Assembly (NCBI GenBank): GCA_965202585.1
Contig: OZ241830.1
Span: 32,798,001-32,862,000, forward strand
Reading direction: 5' to 3'
Source of the DNA: Thalia democratica
Lineage: Eukaryota
Length of the DNA stretch: 64,000 bases
Shown: one piece after another, positions 1 to 12,282 of the stretch
Layout of the letters: each line of letters begins with the position of its first letter
How positions within the stretch are numbered: the stretch's first letter is position 1
Notes under the pieces: model-generated
What the model was told of the DNA's origin: nothing
The model's input: only the letters and a program-made list of their open reading frames with translations
Database searches by the model: none
Program-made: the position numbers and the translations under genes

Positions 1-525
1 TATTTTTAATGAACGTAGAACGTAGAAAAGCTAGTTTTTAAAATTTGATACTTGTTAAAAACTTTTTTATTATTTTTCTGTTTTTAGTTTTGTTTTTATA
101 TAGTAAAATTTTATATACATATTCTTTTTTACAGAGCTTATTATTAACATTATTGAACCACCATGGTCAAAACTTTCACATCTACTCCAAAAATTTCACC
201 AAAGTTCTGAACGCCTGACAATTTAGTAGAATAAGAGAGACCTCTGCTAAGAATTTCCCTTCGTGAATTATAAAGAAGTATTTGATTCAGGTCACTTCCT
301 TAAATAAAGGTAAATTTTCATTAACAACTATTCAAAGTTTAAAAAATTTGTCAGTTATTGTAGAAATTTATATTCTTAATCAAAGTGTTGTTTGCAAAAA
401 AATATATTTAAAGTGCTCACAAAATAAGGTCTTTAAGGTTAATGTACGAAAGTATAATAAACTCAGTCCAGTTAAGAATAGTTTACATTTTACAAAAATT
501 CAGCTTGACTCAGACTAGTTTTTTT
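1..525 (-). repeat. Dispersed ~0.55-kb repeat, inverted and diverged relative to 2088-2635 and 4990-5560
   Basis: The reverse complement shares ACTAGT.TGAGTCA.GCTGAA.TTTTGTAAAAT, TTCT.AGCAGAGGT.TCTCTTA and GGAGTAGATG.GAAA motifs. Confidence 0.7.
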
Positions 526-1499
526 TTAATAAAAATTAGGCTTGTTTACATATTTTCTTAAACCTCTAGCTATACCTTTTAAAGTTTTTAAACTTATCTT
601 TATTGATATGTTTTTATTATGTTACTTTGTTACTATTTATACATTTTAGACAATTTGTTTTTGTAATTTAGCAAATATAAATTCGAATATTAATTAAACT
701 TTTATATAAATTAAACTAATTTTAAGGCTGCCCCGATTAAATAAATACACTTAATTTAATTATACTAATTTAAAACATTTTAAAATTTTACTTATTTTAA
801 AGTTACTCAGTAAAAAAAAGTACACCTCAAGATAAACAAGAAACATTAAGAAAAACTTTTTAAGCGGCTTTCCATTTAAGTATAGTATGTTGCTTTTAGG
901 TAAATGTAAAGGTAAACTTATAAGGACTGACAATTTTTTTATTCCAACTAATTAACATATTTTTTTATATAATTGAATAAAAAAATTACAATAAACTAAA
1001 TCAGTCTTTACAAATAAAAATAGTGTTAAAACTAAACTCACTAAAGAAAAACGATTTTCTTGGACACCAAATAAAAGTCTTAGTCATAACAAAATTTAAA
1101 ATTTAAAAGCTAAAAACTTAAAAGTGTATAGTTAAACAAGTTATTACAAATAGAAACGTAGCTGTAAAAAATAATTGAATAAATGTTTAAGTAAAAACCA
1201 CATTTAAAAAAAAAAATTTGAAGTCTAAAAAAAGCCAGGCATACCTTTTTAGCATGAGTTTTGCGATAAAGTTTGAAACAAATACAATTCAAGTCGAGCT
1301 TTACAAATTTTAAGAAGATTCACACTAATCCAAATGTGGCAACACTGTATTATTTTTTTTTGTCATCACATTAATTTTATTTTAAAAACATAATTCAAAG
1401 AAAAGGCTTTAACTATTATCCTTGTAGCAAAACAAACAACAACATTAAGTGAGTAAATTAAATTTGAAACTGTTTTAAGTTAAACTATGTTACTGAAAA

Positions 1500-2677
1500 T
1501 TTTTGTAAAATTTAGTTTAAAATCATTTTAAAATTAAAAAAATAACTTAATTTTACCTGTAAACATAGATTTAAACTTTCAATGTTAATTTATTTCTTAA
1601 ATGCATTATTGAAAATATTTTATAAATTATATCTAAAATAAATAAATATCTATGTAATAAATGTAGCATGACTATTTTTAATGTTTTGAAAATGATATTT
1701 TATTGTTAAATCATCAAGTTCTTTATTGAAATTTGTAACTTTTAACATGAGCTTGAACTTGGCTTGAATAGCTTTTTTGTATTTTTTTTAATAAATAGAT
1801 AAAAATACCCGGATGCCACACCTCAAGTAAAACAAAAGCTAGCCTGGGTGACTACAGACTATACTGAGATAATCAAGGCATACTTGATATGAATTTGATA
1901 AATTTAAAACTTGAAATTACAATTAATATTTGCTAAGTAAGTAGAAAAGTTACCTAAAATATATTAAAATTTATAAACTGTAACAAAATGACATGATAAA
2001 AACATGTTAATAAAAGACACTTTAAATTTAAAAAAAAGTATAGTCAAAACTTAAGAAAGAATGTAAACATACTTATTAAAAAAAAAACTAGTTTAAGTCA
2101 GGCTGAACTTTTGTAAAATATAAACTAGCATTAATTGGTCTGTGTTCCAAATATCCAATACTGGCATAAGTTATCCTAAAGACCTTAGTTTTAAGTATAT
2201 TTTTAAGCAAATAACCATATGATTAAAAAATGAAAATTTGTACAAAAGCTAACAACTTTTTGATATACTTAAAAAAAATTACTTTACATTTGAGCAAATG
2301 ACTTAAATCAATATCACTTCACAATTAATGAAGAGAATTCTCAGCAGAGGTTTCTCTTAACCTACTAAGTGTCATGCTTTTTGATCTCTGTAGGAGTAGA
2401 TGAGAAAGATTTGATCATGGTGTTTTAAAAATGTAAACAGTGAGCTATAAAAATGTTTATGTGGTAATATTTTACAAAATAAAAACAAAACTAGAAACAG
2501 CAACATATTAAAGTAAGCATAAAATGTAAAAAAACACCTTAACAAGCCTAATATAAAAAATATCTTGAGTATATTCAGAAAAATCTTAACTTTATAAAAC
2601 TGCCACTTATAAAAGCCTGCTACGTTTCTACTTTTGAAGTCAAAAAATTACAGAGTGACCTTAAACTGTCCTAAAAC
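1500..2677. repeat. ~1.2-kb direct duplication of 4405-5607
   Basis: Shared text such as CCTGTAAACATAGATTT and CCCGGATG..CACCTCAAGTAAAACAAAAGCTAGCCTGGGTGACTACAG, offset ~2.9 kb. Confidence 0.85.
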
Positions 2678-4400
2678 TTTTTTTTGTAATGTAAGTAAAA
2701 AACTTTATTTTGACAGATTTGTATGTTATTTGAAAATTTTATTACTACAAAAATATAAAAATTTCTTTTTAGGTTTTTTTTTTTGTGTTTTTGTTCAAAA
2801 TTCAAGGTTTTTTCTAGTTATTTAAAATTACAGGTTTTTTTAGGATGTTAAAGCTTAAATTTAAAAATCAGTTTTTTCCAGAACTCCAAGTTTTTTGCAA
2901 CCCTGAATTCTGATTGTGTTGCAACCTTAAAAAACTAAATACTGACTAAGTTTTTTAAAGTAAAGAAACACTCTAGGAGTTTAATTAATTTTTTAATTAA
3001 AGATTTACAAAAAAAAAGGTGAAAATACTTAAATTTATTATACTCTAAGATTCCATATGTTATGATATTATTGAACTACTGATTAATTTATATACTTATA
3101 ATCATACATTAGTAATTTTAATTGTAGCAATAAGTTTAAAGTAGAAAATTTTATAAAGTTGAATATAAATTATTTACTGACCTTTTCTATATGGAATTCT
3201 TTAAGGTTTACTTTCAGAAAATTCTTTAAGATGCTTTAACAGTAAACCTTTTCTACATTACTGATTTATATACATTGAGTTTATTGAATGAGAAGAAAGT
3301 AAAAAAATGGTCTTTTTATAACAAAATGGTCAAAAAAATGTAAAATGAGTAAGCAGGGCTGTAATTGACTATAACTAAAATAAATAAAATAGTAACCTAA
3401 AAAAAAAAATTTTGTACCATGTTAAAATTAATGCACTAGAAAAATTGAGTGAGTTTTAAAACAACCAATCTAGTATGAGTCATGCTGGTAACTAAAAAAA
3501 AATAAAAAATTGAGTTTTTTGAGTACCTTAAGTATCACAGTGTTGCTAAATGTTTTTGAAAAATTTCTTCCAGGTTTTTTGAATTTTTTCTAGTTTTCAA
3601 AAAAAAAGACAGCTTTTTCATAGCTATTTCTAGTGTAAATATAAGTTTAAGGTAAAAACTGTCTTAAAAATATAAACATTTAAAGCTACTTTACATGTGA
3701 TTTTGAATACTTTTTTTGTAATGTAATTAAAAAAATTTAATATGACAGATTTGAATGTTATTTGAAAATCTTATTACTACAAAAATATTAAAATTTCTTT
3801 TCAGTTTTTTTTTTGTGTTTTTGTTCAAAATTCAAGGTTTTTTCTAGTTATTTAAAATTACAGGTTTTTGTAGGATGTTAAAGCTTAAATTTAAAAATCA
3901 GTTTTTTTCAGAACTCCAAGTTTTTTGCAACCCTAGATTCTGATTGTGTTGCAACCTTAAAAAACTAAATACTGACTGAGTTTTTTTGAGTAAAGAAACA
4001 CTCTAGGATTTTTAATAATTTTTGAATTAAAATTTACAAAAAGAAGGTAAAAATACTTAAATTTATTATACTCTAAGATTCCATATGTTATAATATTATT
4101 GAACTACTGATTAATTTATATACTTATAATAATACATTAGTAACTTTAATTGTAGCAATAAGTTTAAAGTAGAAAATTTGATAAATTTGAATATAAACTA
4201 TATACTAACCTTTTCTATATGGAATTCTTTAAGGTTTACTTTCAGAAAATTCTTTAAGATGCTTTAACAGTAAACCTTTTCTACATTACTGATTTATATA
4301 CATTGAGTTTATTGAATGTATAAGAAGGTAAAAAAATGGTCTTATAATAACAAAATGGTCAAAAAAAAAGTAAAATGAATTAGCAGGGCCGTTATTGACT
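2678..4400. repeat. ~1.03-kb tandem unit (S), ~1.7 copies, each with a MITE-like segment
   Basis: The GCAACCCT landmark recurs at ~2900 and ~3930. The MITE-like part is bounded by CAGTGTTGCTA (3538) and TTGCAACCCT (~3934). Confidence 0.85.
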
Positions 4401-6112
4401 TCAATTGTAAAATTTAGTTTAACATTTTTTTAAAATCAAAATAATAACTTAATTTTACCTGTAAACATAGATTTAAGCTTTCAATGTTAGTTATTTCTGA
4501 AATGCATTATTGAAAATATTTTATAAATTTATACCTAAAATAAATAAATATCTATGTAATGAATGTAGCATGACTATTTTTAATGTATAGAAAACAATAA
4601 TTTATTGTTGAATCATCAAGTACTTTATTGAAGTTTGTAACTTTTAACACGAGCGTGAACTTAGCTCGAATGGCTTTTTTTGTATTTTTTTTAATAAATA
4701 AATAAAAATACCCGGATGCTACACCTCAAGTAAAACAAAAGCTAGCCTGGGTGACTACAGACTATACGGAGATAATCAAGGCATACTTGATATGAATTTG
4801 ATAGATTTAAAACTTGAAACTACAATTAATATTTGCTAAGTTACAAGAAAAGTTACCTAAAATACATTAAGATTCATAAACTGTAACAAAATGACATGAT
4901 AAAAACATGTTAATAAAAGACACTTTAAATTTAAAAAAAAGTATAGTCAAAACTTAAGAAAGAATGTAAACATGCCTAATTAAAAAAAAAACTAGTTTAA
5001 GTCAGGCTGAACTTTTGTAAAATATAAACTAGAATTAGTTGGTCTGTGTTTCAAATATCCAATACTAGCATAAGTTATCCTAAAGACCTTAGTTTTTGTT
5101 AACTTAAAGTATATTTTTGAGCAAATAACCATATGATTAAAAAATGAAATTTGTACAAAAGCTAACAACTTTTTGATATACTTAAAATAAATTACTTTAC
5201 ATTTGAGCAAATGACTTGAATCAATATCACTTCACAATTAATGAAGAGAATTCTCAGCAGAGGTTTCTCTTAACCTATTAAGTGTTAGGCTTTGTGATCT
5301 CTGTAGGAGTTTTTTTTTACTTTTGGAGTAGATGAAAAAGTTTTGATCATGATGTTTTAAAAATGTGAACAGTGAGCTATAAAAATGTTTATGTGGTAAT
5401 ATTTTACAAAATAAAAACAAAATTAGAAACAGCAAAATATTTAGGTAAGCATAAAATGTAAAAAAACACCTTAACAAGCCTAATATAAAAAATATCTTGA
5501 GTAAATTTAGAATAATCTTAACTTTATAAAACTGCAACTTATATAAGCCTGCTATGTTTCTACTCTTTTAGTCAAAAAATTACAGAGTGACCTTAAACTA
5601 TCCTAAACCATTTTGATGTTGATTCAAATTTTCGAAAGTTAAAAGCTATTTAAAATAATATAAAAATTAATTTCTTCATAAAAAATTGTTTTAAAAAACA
5701 AAATATTGAAAATAAATTAAGTAAATCTTTTCTATAATCTAGATACAAAAAACTAGCCTTATACCTTTAAATTCTCAAAGCTATCCTGAATTAAAAAAAA
5801 ATACCAAGTTTCAAAAACATACTGAATTATTGTTATTTATACTAAGAAACCCTGAGATTTTGAAAGTTTCCAAACAACTTCAGTATATTAAGTAAGTGCT
5901 TAAATGACTATATACCGTCCTGAAACTGTCAAGTTTTTAAAATCTTTAAAAAAATTTAATTAACTTAACAAATAATATAGAATTATCAAAAACATCTAGG
6001 TTTACAAAAAACATATTAGTTATATAGTATATAAGTATTGAAACTTGAATAGAAAAACCTCTTTCAAGATATAAAATAATTAAGTTTATAAAAATAAAAT
6101 TTAAACTACCCT

Positions 6113-7177
6113 GAGTTTTAAAACAACCAATCTAGTATGAGTCATGCTGGTAACTTAAAACTTTAAAATAAATGGTTTTTTGGGTACCTTAAGTATCACA
6201 GTGTTGCTAAACGTTTTTGAAATTTTTTTCCAGGTTTTTTGATTTTTTCAGGTTTGCAAAAAAAAAAGACAGCTTTTTCATGGCTATGTCTAGTATAAAT
6301 AGTAGTTTAAGGTAAAAACTGTCTTAAAAAGTATTAACACTTAAAGCTACTTTACATGTGTTTTTTAATACTTTTTTTTAGTAATGTAATTAAATAATTT
6401 TAAAATTACAGATTTGTATGTTATTTCAAAATTTTATTACCACAAAAATTAAAATAATATTAAAGTTTCTTTTTAGGTTTTATTTTTGTGTTTTTGTTCA
6501 AAATTCAAGGTTTTTTCTAGTTATTTTAAACTACAGGTTTTTTTAGGATGTTAAAGCTTAAATTTTAAAATCAGTTTTTTCCAGAACTCCAAGTTTTTTG
6601 CAACCCTAGATTCTGATTGTGTTGCATTCTTAAAAAACTAAATACTGACTGAGTTTTTTAGAGTAAAGAAACACTCTAGGAGTTTTATTAATTTTTAAAT
6701 TGAAAATTTATAAAAAAAAAGTGAAAATACATAAATTTATTATACTCTAAGATTCCATATGTTATTCAATAAACTTATAATTACTGCAAAATATGTCGCT
6801 GTACAACATAGAATAAAAATATTACTATTGTACTACTGATTAATTTATATATTTATAATTATACATTAGTAACTTTAATTGTAGCAATAAATTTAAAGTA
6901 GAAAATTTGATAAAGTTGAATATAAATTATTTACTAACCTTTTCTTTATGTAATCATTTGAGGTTTACTTTCAGAAGATTCTTTAAGATGCTTTACCAGT
7001 AAATCCTTTTCTACATTACTGATTTATATACATTGAATTTATTGAATGTATAAGAAGATAAAAAAATGGTCTGTAAAAAAGTAAAATGAGTTAGCAGCGC
7101 TGTAATTGACTTTAACTAAAATAAATAAAATAAAAACCTAAAATCTAGTTTTCTGTATCATTTAAAAATTAATGCAC
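6113..7177. repeat. S unit, one copy (variant carrying a ~70-bp insert)
   Basis: Aligns by eye to the 13660-14565 + 18617-18782 unit; MITE-like ends at 6199 and ~6607. Confidence 0.85.
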
Positions 7178-10100
7178 CCCAAAATTAGTTTCTTGTACAC
7201 TAGTGTGCACCAGTGTACGCTTTGACGACCATTGGATTCTGGACTCTAAGTTATTAACTTTGTCTATCAAGGTTAATTATTTTTAGAGCAAAAAAGCCAG
7301 TCAAGTAACAAACAGTTAGGTTATGCAAGTTCTACATAGACTCATAGCATAGTTTTCATTATTTTAGGGAATTCTTGCTCAAGTACTATGAAGTTATGTA
7401 AGACTTGTATAGGTCATATAACAAAAAAATAAGAATAGTTAATATTTCCTTAATATAGAACCTAGTTAAACAAGCAATTCATTTTTTATTTTCAAATTTT
7501 ATATATTTTCAGTAAATATAAAGTTCCGTGATAAATTTGAACACTTTGGAAAAAAAAAATTAAGGAAAAATGTCGTATCTTATAAAGAAGAAATTCAAAA
7601 AACATAAACTTAGGTTACTTGGTAATTTAGAAAGAAATTAATATTTTATTTTTGGTAAAAAGCTAATGTAAGTAAAAAAAAATGAAAAGATAACGTTAAA
7701 TTATTAAAGGGGCCCTACTAAAGTCAAGCCCCGAATCAGTGAAAATTTTTGTGAAAAGTTAAGCAAAGAACGTTTGTTAGAAAAAAAAAGTTCCAAGTTA
7801 TAAAAATAAGAAAAATAAATGGATCTAAAATTTGAACACTTTTTAAAAATTCCATACAAAGCTATTCGAGCCAAAGTAACCAACATATTGTAAATTTTAA
7901 GAAGGACTATCGTAAGCTTCAAAGTTTTCTTACATTTATAGTATAGCTGTAATTCAACTTAAAAAAAATAAATGTTTCCGTAATAACTTTTAAAGACTTT
8001 GGCACAAATTTAAAATATTCAACTTTAAAAAATAAAACGAGTTTCCTTTTCAGGAGATACTAAATATAAATATAATATATAAATCCCAGTTAAAATAGAA
8101 TTGCTAATTTTTAATGAATGAAATAATGTATAAAAACTTTAAAAAAATCAAGGATTAGAATAATCCTATACTTAAAATTGTCAAATATCTTAATTTAATT
8201 TAAACCAAATTTCAAGAGTTTATAATTAATTAAAAAATATTGCTGCATTTTTTTATATTTTCATAAGTAACTAAATGTAAACAAACACTAGTAACATAAA
8301 ACTTAACAAACTTAAAACACGAGCATTGAAATTAGAAGTAACGAATTATTCTTACTTAACATGTCAACTTCTCTTTTATATTCAAAATCTACAAGACTTT
8401 TAGTTACTGCAAAATCTTTCGCTGTACAACATAGAATAAAAATATTACTATTAAACATTTTCTATGAAACCTTAACTAAGGTAAACCTGCTCTGTATACA
8501 ATTTAATCCTATACCGTATTAAAACTAACAATAAAAAAAAAGTTTAGACTTTTTTAAAATTCTTTTCAGCTTAATTATTTTTACAAAACCATTTTACACG
8601 GTCACCTAGATTTTTTTTACTTCTACCAACTTAGTAGGAGCAGAAAATTAATGATAACTTTTGTGGATATCGTCTCTTTACTTAACAACTATTTGTTTAC
8701 CTTATTCGACCCTTACTAGTTTTCACCCTTTAATAGACAGGTAAAGAAATAGTAAAGTATACTTAAGGGTTTTTAAGAGTAACGTAAGTGAGAACTAAAT
8801 GAAAAATGCTGTAGAAAGCATCTTACACTTACTATTATTTCCAATAAGCCTTTAAAGTAATGCAATACGTTTTATAAATGTTTTGTTTGAGCTGTAAAAT
8901 TACTAAAGTAACTGTTGACAACAATCTTTTAATATTAGCATGAACTTTACTTTTCTAAAAACGAATTGATTAGCTAATGCAAATTAAGTCTAAGATATTT
9001 TTTTACTGATATTTTATTATCATTATATTTCAACCCTAACATTAAGAAAGAATTTGAAAATTTATGTAGAGTATGTAGTTTAAAAGAAGAGCTATAAAAT
9101 GTTTGTGCAATTTTTGCCAAAATAAAACGAAAATAATATTTATTTACTTATAAACTTGTATAACTATTTTTTATTTACTAGAAATTGTAGTTAATTAACC
9201 AGATACTTGTCATAATTTTACAAAAAAAAATCAATAAATTTTAGAAAATAGATAAAATTTTAATTAAAAAAAAATCAGTATAAACCAAATCATACATTGT
9301 ACTACATATTTAAGACAAATTTTTATAAATAAGACAAAAGTATTTAATTTACTTATATATCGTAGTTTTTTATTCAATTCAAAGCTTAATTTTAGAGCAG
9401 TCATAGGATTATTACTTTTAAGCTTGGTATTTACTAATTTTGCTATCACTACAAATTACTATTGATACTAATTATTACTACTAATTTTTCTTTTAGTAAT
9501 TTTAGCTTTAATTTCCATGTTTTACCCTAAAACAAGATGTAAATCTGTTTTTTTTTAAATAAGCTTACTATGGCAAGAAGGCAAATATAATATGGGAAAA
9601 AACAGTGAAGAGTTGTCAACTAATAAAGGGGGCAATTTATATAAAACTTTCTTTTTGAAATCAAGTGTCTGCCTTACAGAGATTAAACTTTCAATAAAGT
9701 ATCATTTAAGCAATGTAGGAATTATACGTGTCAAGCTAAATTTGTCTAAACCATTTTTTCTTCTAAGTGTTTAAAAGATAAAAAAATATCTCGATTCAAA
9801 TGCTAGAAAAATTATATTTTCTTTTATATAAGAATTAGAATGTTTTAAATTTGTCCTTACTGGTAACTCATTTTGTATAAACAAAATGATTTAATAAAAA
9901 TAAATAATGTATATATTTATCAGTGAGAGAAGTATATTATAAATTCAGTGTTTCTGTTGATTTAGATATAAATAAAAGATGCTGTAGGTGGTAAACGTAA
10001 TTAAATAATAAGGGTTTTTGATACCATCCTATTGTTACTTTTTAATGGGGTTCGCTTGTCAGTATTTATGGGTAGTAAAGTTTTTGAATACGTGCATTAG

Positions 10101-12282
10101 TCAATCTAAACCTGGCGGTAAAACATTATTTACTAAATAGAAAATAATATATAGAATGAAATAGAAAACTTAAATTTTCCTGACTCCTTAGGCTATAGTA
10201 TTTGATTAACTTAATATATATTGAGTATCTTTAATTAAATCATTTTTGTAGAAGTAACAACATAGCTAATTTATAAGTACAATAAAGATACTGCGAAAAG
10301 AAGTAGAACAATTATATATACAAATAAACTCCACAACTTATAAACTTCTTGTTGAGTGTCTTACTGACATTTAGAAGAAGAATTTTAAATGTAGTGTGAA
10401 TTGAGCTTTGCTTTTTGTTGTACTTTTTTTTTGGTTTTTATAAAATTGCATTAGATAAAAAATCTTTTAGTGCAATTGGCAGTCATTTAAGAAACAGCAA
10501 TTAATAATGTATCAACTTTACTACAAATTTTGAGTATATATACTCTGTAGATAAAAGGTAAAATAAGTGTAAGCAATTACATATCACTTCAATATCTCAC
10601 GACTTTTACTCTAACTTTTTTATCTCCGGGCCATGCTTAGTTATATAACAAATTATTAAAAAATAAAACTAAAGTTATATATTACAGGTTACGCCGTAGT
10701 TAAAACTAATAGGCTGCATCTTAAACGTGGTTTAAGCCTAACTAGTTGCGGAAAAAAACATAAGGAATATCTAAATTAGGGCATTTCAGTCAAAATTTTT
10801 AAAACAAGGGTTATACTATAACAAAAATAATTTTACTTTTATTATTTTTTAAAATAAATTGTAGAAAAAGTAGTGTAGAGATTTTAAACTTTAAAATGAT
10901 TTTGCTTTTAACAAAGCTTAAAATTATATCTTACAAAGACTTGTATGATACGACCCATACCAAAATAATGTATTCTATGTCCCTGCCCATAGTTAAACAT
11001 TTTCCTAAAATAATAAAGATCACGCATTAAGTTTAATCACTCTAGTTTTATTTTCCTGAGACAAGAAAAAACAAAGTTCTAAATTTGCTTAACATCATGC
11101 TTGCTCGTCCAGTGTTACACCGAGAGCTTTCATATCTTCAGTCACGCGTTCAAGGTATGTGGGATCCGGGTACCCATAGGCCGATACTCCCCCGCTACGA
11201 GAAGTCTTGTGATGGATGTCGTTCCAAGTGATCACGTTCTTCTCTCCTGTGGTCAAGCTGGTGCCCACCGTGAACGTCACCTTCATCCTCCATGCTTCCC
11301 TGAGCAGCTCCGCCACTCGTCGTCCTTCCTCGTTGTCAGGCAGGTACGCCGTTCGGTGATCTCCCTTGTAACGCGCCCCCGGGTTCTCGTGCTGGGGTCC
11401 CTGACGACCGCTCAGAAAGCTGTAGCCGATCACGATCGTGCCGAAGTCTTCGTAACCTTCGCAGCTCCAGTTTTTCTTCACGCTCACTGACATTGTGCCT
11501 TTGGGGCAAGGGCCGAGTTTTTCGACGACTGTCTTCCTGCAAACCGGGCACTTTCTGTCGATTCTAACGCAGTCTTTCAAGCAACATTCGTGGAAGAGAT
11601 GCTCGCAGACTCCAGTGCCTTTTACTGGTCCTTTTTGTTTTAATGGTTCCAAACAAACGGAACATTCATCGTTTTCGTCGTAGCTACTCATCTGCACTTC
11701 AACACCTTCAAAGTTTTCTTGAGTCACCGTTTTCTTAACACCTTTGTCAAATTCTGCTATTTTAAGATAGTTTGGCTGTTCGCCACAATCAAGATTTGAT
11801 ACTTCGTCGAGCCACTTTTTCATCTTATCAGGATATTGCTTTTTGATTATTACGGTTGGGCAATATTTAAGCATTTCGTAGACTGTGGTCAAGACATTTG
11901 CAATTGAGATTTTACGTTTGTCAAAAACGTTTTTGTGAACTTTTCCAGTTTTCTTGTAGACTTGAGGGTGTGAAAAGTCATAAATAAAAGTCACAGTAGG
12001 CGGTTTGTTGGGGTAAGAGTCCGGAAATTTCAACATCACATCAACATCCTTGCCCTTTTTTTCAGAGTTTGGATGACTTGTCACTTTTGCATTAAGTGTT
12101 CCTTTTTCGTAGTTTACTTGTACGACTCTGATGTTGTCATTCAGGTGGTATACTTCAACTCCTTCGTCATCTACTTTCTTCGTGAAAGATCCACAGGCTA
12201 CTAGTTCCTTTTCAACTTGTTTCAAACTGATATGCTTAAAAATCATTTTTACTTTTAGTACATAAGGTTTTTGATCTGAAAT
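7178..12282. repeat. Segmental duplication block C (contains Deltex-like copy 1), paralogous to 18783-23840
   Basis: Continuous similarity at an offset of ~11.6 kb (e.g. TAGTGTGCACCAGTGTAC at 7201 and 18805). Confidence 0.92.
11095..12246 (-). CDS. Deltex-family E3 ubiquitin ligase with N-terminal inactive E2-like (UEV) domain, RING-H2 and DTC domain; copy 1 (383 aa, intact ORF)
   Basis: UBC-fold motifs KQVEKEL...MLKFPDSYPNKPPTVTF...HPQV...GKVH (aa ~9-125); RING-H2 CSVC...CEHLFHECC...CPVC (aa 195-236); Deltex C-terminal motifs GPCPKGTM, GTIVIGYSFLSGRQGPQHENPG, RTAYLPDNEEG, FTVGTSLTTG, ITWNDIHHKTS, GYPDPTYL. No introns within the ORF. Confidence 0.9.
   Translation of the reverse strand: MIFKHISLKQVEKELVACGSFTKKVDDEGVEVYHLNDNIRVVQVNYEKGTLNAKVTSHPNSEKKGKDVDVMLKFPDSYPNKPPTVTFIYDFSHPQVYKKTGKVHKNVFDKRKISIANVLTTVYEMLKYCPTVIIKKQYPDKMKKWLDEVSNLDCGEQPNYLKIAEFDKGVKKTVTQENFEGVEVQMSSYDENDECSVCLEPLKQKGPVKGTGVCEHLFHECCLKDCVRIDRKCPVCRKTVVEKLGPCPKGTMSVSVKKNWSCEGYEDFGTIVIGYSFLSGRQGPQHENPGARYKGDHRTAYLPDNEEGRRVAELLREAWRMKVTFTVGTSLTTGEKNVITWNDIHHKTSRSGGVSAYGYPDPTYLERVTEDMKALGVTLDEQA

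Noticed and set aside
282-9774. Numerous 60-110 aa K/F/L/I/N-rich ORFs here and in 21-46 kb
   Set aside because: Expected by chance in DNA this AT-rich; they lie within repeats or MITEs and many start at non-ATG codons.
11047-11052. AATAAA ~43 nt downstream of the Deltex-like stop (also 22606-22611, 32378-32383)
   Set aside because: Plausible poly(A) signal, but the hexamer is too frequent in this composition to report without 3'-end data.
11101-11683. Overlapping ORFs of 129, 71 and 62 aa (and equivalents at 22660-23242 and 32429-33011)
   Set aside because: Antisense or alternate-frame shadows of the GC-rich DTC coding sequence; no recognisable motifs, and they recur only because the gene is duplicated.
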